A stretch of 64,000 nucleotides of DNA from Candidatus Gemmiger faecigallinarum (GTDB taxonomy: Bacteria; Bacillota; Clostridia; Oscillospirales; Ruminococcaceae), in assembly GCA_019120395.1 (NCBI GenBank), contig DWVD01000010.1:19823-83822 (forward strand). The letters run 5' to 3'. Of this stretch, positions 59,109-64,000 are shown piece by piece. The notes beneath the pieces are model-generated. The model made no database searches. It worked only from the letters and a program-made list of their open reading frames with translations, and was not told the DNA's origin. Each line of letters starts with the position of its first letter. Within the stretch, counting starts at the first letter, position 1. The position numbers and the translations under genes were made by a program.

Positions 59109-59518
59109 ACCCCCACCTCAGGGCTCAGCCCTCTGTTCAGCAAAAAGCTATGTACCAGGGCGGCGTTTTCCGGCTGAGACACGATCAACAGCCCTTTGCC
59201 GACGGCCAGCAGCAGTTCCTGCTGCATCTCTGAAGTCAGCGTTTCGCCGCAGACAAGGAGGATGTTGCAGAAATCCATCAGCTGTGCGCGAAAGCGCAGC
59301 GAGAGCCCATATTGGGATGGGTCGTCCAGATCCAGCAACTCCGGCAGATAAGCCTGGGGCGCCACGGTTTTGCACTCGTAGAGTTCCATGATGTCGGCAC
59401 CATACCGCTGGGCGCGTTTCTGGTTGTCAATCATTTTGCAGTCGATGCAGTCCCGCAGCGGCGCACAGATGTAGACAACTTGGTCAGACAGTATCTTTTT
59501 CAACATCAAGTCGATCAT
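59105..59518 (-). CDS. DUF4406 / nucleoside 2-deoxyribosyltransferase-like protein
   Basis: VYICAPLR, APQAYLP and LLVCG..TSEMQQE motifs. Confidence 0.6.
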   Translation of the reverse strand: MIDLMLKKILSDQVVYICAPLRDCIDCKMIDNQKRAQRYGADIMELYECKTVAPQAYLPELLDLDDPSQYGLSLRFRAQLMDFCNILLVCGETLTSEMQQELLLAVGKGLLIVSQPENAALVHSFLLNRGLSPEVGV

Positions 59519-60564
59519 TTGGTTTCCTCCTTTACTTTGACGGAACAGGTGCGGCTCTCGCTGACCGTCGCGTAGGCGTCATACACCTCCGGGTGGTCAA
59601 GCTTGAGCTTTTCCAGGTTCTCCTTGGAAATATGGTGGCGGTAGCGGGAAGCATAGCTGACGGTGTAGATGACGCCGTCCTTGTCAAGTACCGCGCGCTC
59701 CGCTGTGCCCATCACGTCCAGGACCGGTGCGATGGCCTCCTTCATGCGTCTGTCGGCTTCCCGGCTTTTCTGGTCGAACTCCTGCTTGCGGGCTTTCAGC
59801 TGCACATAACGGTGCAGATCGGCCACCAGCGCAGGGGCCAGAAAAACAGCCGGTTCCTCCGGGTCGGACGGCCCGTAATGCTTGCGCAAGCTGGCCAGCA
59901 CCAGGTCGCCGTCCTCGGTGTAGGGCGGCTCGACACTCGCCTGGACATAGTCTTCCCAGAAATGCTGCTCGTTGCGGATCAGTTCTTCTTCCAGGTCGAG
60001 GTCCCGTTCGATATAGCGCATGACAAAGTCTGACTCCGAGTTGGAGAACAGGCAGGCGATCCAGACAAAATCGAGGTTCATGACCGCCATGTAGTGGCGG
60101 CACTGCAGCTCGTAGTTGTAAGGAATCGCGTCATTTTCCCACTTCCCCTTGTTGTTGGGGTGGGAGGTCTTGCACTCCAGAATACCGTGGCGGCCGTCGT
60201 CGGTCTCGATGAAGTAATCCACATCCGCCTGCATGAATGGGTACAGCGGATGCCGGTACATCATCTGGATCTGGTAGACGCGGTACCCGGTCTTGCGGGC
60301 AAAGATCTCTGCCACAAGCGGCTCCAGCAGGTGCCCCACTTTCAGGGTGACCCAGTTGGAGTCTTCCTGCATGGCCGGCGCGATACCGCGCTTGTCGTAG
60401 TAGAGATCGCGGGTGGTGCAGAACGGCGAACAGCCCATGACGGCCGCGCTGTCGCTGCCGCCGATGCCTTTGCGCCGCCAGTCCAGCCAGTCTTCCTCCG
60501 CCATCCCGGCAGTGCTGACAAGCTCTACGGGTTTGTAGTCAAGATTCAACGCCATTGCTTTCAC
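59515..60564 (-). CDS. YqaJ-like viral recombinase exonuclease
   Basis: WRRKGIGGSD, GHLLEP, MQADVD, LECKT and YELQCRHYMAV motifs. Confidence 0.92.
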   Translation of the reverse strand: MKAMALNLDYKPVELVSTAGMAEEDWLDWRRKGIGGSDSAAVMGCSPFCTTRDLYYDKRGIAPAMQEDSNWVTLKVGHLLEPLVAEIFARKTGYRVYQIQMMYRHPLYPFMQADVDYFIETDDGRHGILECKTSHPNNKGKWENDAIPYNYELQCRHYMAVMNLDFVWIACLFSNSESDFVMRYIERDLDLEEELIRNEQHFWEDYVQASVEPPYTEDGDLVLASLRKHYGPSDPEEPAVFLAPALVADLHRYVQLKARKQEFDQKSREADRRMKEAIAPVLDVMGTAERAVLDKDGVIYTVSYASRYRHHISKENLEKLKLDHPEVYDAYATVSESRTCSVKVKEETK

Positions 60565-60565
60565 C

Positions 60566-61720
60566 TCACCATTTCAGCTCGCCGGGCAGGTCGTAACTGG
60601 CCCAATGCACCTTCAGCGCACGGGCCAGCGTCTCTTCCATCTCGGCGATCTTGGAGCCGGTAGCGCCGTCCCTCTGCAAGAAGAACAGCACCTCCATCAT
60701 GGCCTGGTAGACCCCGTGGGCGGTGTCCGGTTCCTCGCCAATCTGGGCACGGTATTGTTCCACCGCTTCCATCGACAGGCGCTTGCCCACACCCAATTCT
60801 TTCAGCACTGCCTGCATCACGTTGGCCGGATAGGCCAGCTCAATGTCCAGCAGCGCTGTGAGTGCGCCAAGGCTGGCTTCATACTGGGCAAACAGCTTGT
60901 CGAGGTTTTCATCGAATCGGGCCAGATCGGCATTGCCTTTGTGGTTTTCCCGGATGGGACTGCCCAGCGGGATGATCTTGGCGTCGCCGCCTTCCAGCAG
61001 CATCGGGTAAAGGTTGGCCCCACTGACGCCGGTGTTGGAGGTGGCCAGCCGCACGGCGGGCCGGATCGAGACCTCCTCGTCCAGCAGCCCATGGTGGGCC
61101 AGGGCCTGCCGGTAGGTCTCGACCAGATCGTCCTGACCGGTCAGCTCCCAGATGGCCGTGACCATCTGGTGGTCGAACGATCCGCCAGCAAAGGTGTACC
61201 CCGGATAGCGGGCTGCAAAGTAGCGGACCGTGTGCTCGAACAGTTCGGGAATCTCCAACACCGCATAGTCGTTGACGTCACCACCGTGGACTGCCGAGAC
61301 CTTCCCGTCGGAATACCACAGCAGAGCATCCCCGCGGGCAATGTGCAGGCAGCGGTTCAGCACCTCGGCCAGATGAGGCTTGCTCAGCTGGCTCAGCGCT
61401 GAGCCGCTGATGCGGGCGCGGTCGAGGATTGTCCGGATCGCGCAGCTGCGCACCGGCAGCAGGTCATCCTGTGCCTTCAACAGCAGGCGGGTGTGTTCCA
61501 TCGTGTCATCCAGCACGCCTTCCAGCCCCTGATGCTCGTATTGCTGGCGCAGGGTCCGGGTAAGCGGGTCGTGGTCGTCCAGCGCGATGACTTCCAGTTC
61601 GCGGGTCGGCTGCCGCTCCCAGCGGGAACGGTCCTGCATAGTTTGCAGGAAGGACAAAAATTCGGGCTCGTGCGCAAACGATCTGGCAAAAGCATCTGCA
61701 TAGGTCATGGTTTCATTCAT
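60566..61720 (-). CDS. Conserved element backbone protein (possibly DUF932-like)
   Basis: 384 aa, RBS AAAGGA, first gene of the YqaJ operon; SAVH..Y and ATSNTG.SG motifs. Family call tentative. Confidence 0.5.
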   Translation of the reverse strand: MNETMTYADAFARSFAHEPEFLSFLQTMQDRSRWERQPTRELEVIALDDHDPLTRTLRQQYEHQGLEGVLDDTMEHTRLLLKAQDDLLPVRSCAIRTILDRARISGSALSQLSKPHLAEVLNRCLHIARGDALLWYSDGKVSAVHGGDVNDYAVLEIPELFEHTVRYFAARYPGYTFAGGSFDHQMVTAIWELTGQDDLVETYRQALAHHGLLDEEVSIRPAVRLATSNTGVSGANLYPMLLEGGDAKIIPLGSPIRENHKGNADLARFDENLDKLFAQYEASLGALTALLDIELAYPANVMQAVLKELGVGKRLSMEAVEQYRAQIGEEPDTAHGVYQAMMEVLFFLQRDGATGSKIAEMEETLARALKVHWASYDLPGELKW

Positions 61721-61783
61721 TGTGGTTTCGCATCCTTTCTGTATGAAGTTGTATTTCCAAAGGCAACCGCCTTTTGGACAAAC

Positions 61784-61914
61784 AAAAAGGCGAGAACGAT
61801 GGGAATGCGCTGCCCGAAAGCTGCGATTCCATCCTTCTCGCCATGTGTTGGCAGCCGTGCCGCCAAAAGAAAAAGCCCTGTATCGCTGCCACAAAGGCAG
61901 ACAAGATACAGGGC
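61784..61914 (-). terminator. Two tandem terminator-like hairpins in the leader of the recombination operon
   Basis: Stems at 61865-61914 and 61784-61842, each followed by a U-run on the minus strand. Confidence 0.6.
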
Positions 61915-61995
61915 CTACAAACTGGGTTGGTTGGGGAAATTCCCCAAGCTATGCCGCTGCGATGGCAGTTGGGCATAAAAATCAAGTACAGATAT

Positions 61996-62024
61996 AGGAT
62001 ACCACAAGATGTAGTGGATGTCAA
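61996..62024 (-). promoter_or_regulatory. sigA promoter of the recombination operon leader
   Basis: TTGACA-N17-TATCCT with TG extension. Confidence 0.65.
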
Positions 62025-62352
62025 TGACGCGGCAACTTTATACAGAACAGAAAGGTGCCTCTTGCAAAAGGCCGGGCATAAAGTGAATTTTGCAAGAGGG
62101 GATTGGCCAAATGCGAACAACCGATCAAAGAAGTCCAAGTAATAGGGGGCAAAAATCCGGAAAACCATCCTTATATACTCGACAAAAGTCTGCGCTTGAT
62201 GGATTGTTACTGTCGTTTTGCTGTACCCCTTCCTGCCGTAAGCAGAAAATTGGTGGGGTAAATTGGCCTAAGCCATGAAAGAAAAAAGAACACAAAAAAG
62301 CCGTGCCAAGCAGGGAAAAAATCCCCGTCCGGCACGGCAGTTTTTGTTTGGT

Positions 62353-62538
62353 TTACAGCAGCTGTGCTGCGATCATTCTGGCAAGAAGCTGCGCCGCATC
62401 GGTCAGGGACTCCCGGCGGGAGGGTTCCGCTTTGCCAAGCAGCACCGCGCCCACCGTGTGGGCGTGCGGCTGGATGGAAACAAAAACATCCGCCTGCAAG
62501 GGGGAACCATCCAACAGCGGTACGGAAGCTGCCGATAT
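62353..62538 (-). pseudogene. C-terminal remnant of a SpoVT-like GAF domain
   Basis: VPLLDG..VFVSIQPHAHTVGAVLLG..LTDAAQLLARMIAAQL* resembles the SpoVT C-terminus; followed by a terminator at 62294-62345. Confidence 0.4.
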
Positions 62539-63020
62539 CCGGCTTTGCAGCAATCCCAGAGCTTTGCATACTCTTCGGTGAATTCCTCGTCCTCCAAGGC
62601 TTTGGGCATCAGGGCAAAAAACAGCGCAGCGCCGCTGTCGCCTTTCTCCTTCAATGCGTAGGGCTTGGGGGAGGCGTCCGCATCCGCCATCTTGGCGGCC
62701 GTGAACTTGCCGGTGGTATCGTTGAAGACCACAACGTGTGTCATACCGGTTCGGCTGGGATACTCCGCGATGATGAAGTTGTCCGACTGGGTTCCAATGG
62801 CGCCTTTGGGAGGTTCGCCGGAAGCCCCGGGCAGCTCTGCCGCATGGTCCAGCTCCATATATGCGAGGATCGCGCGCAGCGTGGCGCCGTGCAGCGTAGA
62901 GGATGCAGAAGGCGGTGAATACTTGGATCGAACCGAATCATATTTCGTGACAATGTCGTCAAATGGCTTGGGCGGATCGCGCTTCCAGGTCCAGAAATCA
63001 AACAGTTTGCATTTGCCCAT
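62539..63020 (-). pseudogene. 5' fragment of a truncated gene (probably the N-terminus of an AAA+ ATPase)
   Basis: RBS GAGGAGG, well-formed coding up to ..LWDCCKAGY, then runs out of frame into the SpoVT-like remnant; no Walker motifs remain. Confidence 0.5.
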
Positions 63021-63039
63021 GTTGGGTTCCTCCTCTCGT

Positions 63040-63927
63040 TTACCAGGCAACCGACAGTCGGTCGTCCTGAATGTCTACCTTTAGTTCCTGCTGTTCCAGC
63101 AGCTCTTTCAGCTTCCCCCAGTGTTGGGGGCTGGGCATCTGCTCCAGTGTTTGGCCTTTCTGAGGTTCGCCGTTCGGCTCAGTAAAATACACATCGCCAT
63201 TGGGGGCGATGGTGATCTGGCTGCACTGGCGGATGTTGAGTTCGGTAATCAGCTCGGTCAGTTCTTTCTGGCCAATCAGGCTGTACCAGAGGTTCACATC
63301 CTCCCCACGCGGTTCAGCTGGTGCAATCGCAGCGGCAACCGGCTCAGGTACGGGAACTTCGGTTGGAGCGGGCACCTGTATGGGCTCAGCTTGCGGGGCC
63401 GGTGGTTCTGCCGCCTGGGCATGGGCCAGCAGATCGCGCAGCGGTGCGGTCTCGACAAATTCAAGGTGCAGGTCGCCGGGTTCCTCGAAACTGAGGGTGG
63501 CGTCTCGGTATGCACCTGTGTTTCGTGTGTGGATCCAGGCCGCGCCACCCTCCCAAATCACTGCTTCGGGGTCTTCCTCGCACCACTGCCATTCTGCTTG
63601 GGGGTAAGCCAGGCGCAGCAGTTCGGTGATGCGGGCTTCCACGTGCTGTAGCAGCAGACCGTCATAGGCATCGGGCTCGGGTTGGTCAGGCGCTTCCATC
63701 TCTGTACTTTCCGGCCGGGAAAACCAGCGTTTCAGGAAGGTGGGCTTACCCGCCTCCGTATTCTCTGCCTCATCGGTTTCCTGCACCCAGTTAATCACCC
63801 AAACGATGGCCCAAAGGCAGAGATAGGTGATCAGCAGCAGTTGCGAGATTCTGCCGCGGAACAGCGCCAGGATCAGCAGGATACCGCCGGCCAGGGTCGA
63901 GAGCGTGGCGAGCTTTTTTGTCTTCAT
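63040..63927 (-). CDS. Hypothetical membrane-anchored protein
   Basis: 295 aa, RBS AAAGGA, two N-terminal TMs and an acidic soluble domain. Confidence 0.7.
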   Translation of the reverse strand: MKTKKLATLSTLAGGILLILALFRGRISQLLLITYLCLWAIVWVINWVQETDEAENTEAGKPTFLKRWFSRPESTEMEAPDQPEPDAYDGLLLQHVEARITELLRLAYPQAEWQWCEEDPEAVIWEGGAAWIHTRNTGAYRDATLSFEEPGDLHLEFVETAPLRDLLAHAQAAEPPAPQAEPIQVPAPTEVPVPEPVAAAIAPAEPRGEDVNLWYSLIGQKELTELITELNIRQCSQITIAPNGDVYFTEPNGEPQKGQTLEQMPSPQHWGKLKELLEQQELKVDIQDDRLSVAW

Positions 63928-64000
63928 TTCGATGTCATCCTTTCTGTGTGGTCTTACAAAAGAAAAAGACCCCGGTCACGCGAAAGCTGGTACGTCTTTC

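Larger units (their letters stand above)
24070..64000. mobile_element. Large integrated element (ICE/prophage-like island, at least 40 kb, right end outside window) inserted in sleC-like gene
   Basis: Two large serine recombinases at the junction, ParM/ParR, orf7/orf8-like regulators, YqaJ/RecD2/primase backbone, visibly lower GC than the host arm, and cargo genes. Confidence 0.85.

Noticed and set aside
54182-64000. Calling the element a prophage or a functional ICE
   Set aside because: No capsid, terminase, tail, relaxase or VirB4/VirD4 genes in the window; the class cannot be settled without the right-hand part.
1-64000. tRNA, rRNA or CRISPR array
   Set aside because: None recognised on either strand by inspection.

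Overview
High-GC gut Firmicute chromosome, most consistent with an Oscillospiraceae/Subdoligranulum-Gemmiger-like host (inferred from gene content and codon style only). Bases 1 to ~24069 are host core genes: xpaC-telA-lemA-TPM operon, NSS transporter, DUF2975/HTH/DUF4153/CAAX cluster, tcdA, a sortase-anchored protein, pullulanase, aspS, DUF4349, Fur/PerR plus rubrerythrin, an M15/PG-binding protein and the 3' part of a sleC-like spore cortex-lytic gene. Three mosaic REP-like intergenic repeat clusters lie among them. At ~24070 the sleC-like gene is cut inside its conserved SSE(V/I)Y|PTWPE motif by an element of at least 40 kb that runs off the right end of the window. The element starts with two intact tandem large serine recombinases and a 70-aa ORF preceded by a mother-cell (sigK/sigE-type) -10 box. 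It continues with ParM/ParR, DUF4317, a two-component system with an oxidoreductase, and an ~18 kb glycoside-deconjugation cargo (2x GH78, GH2 with a GUS-type NxKG motif, GH1, several esterases, MFS importer, AEC transporter, AraC). It ends in-window with Tn916 orf7/orf8-like regulators and a phage-like recombination/replication backbone showing decay (several pseudogenes and a deletion leaving a SpoVT-like remnant). Best candidate new system: a skin-like, sporulation-programmed excising element that reconstitutes sleC and carries a saponin/flavonoid-glycoside catabolic island. The other attachment site and the 5' half of sleC are outside the window, so excision is inferred, not shown. All family calls are by motif recognition, not database search.
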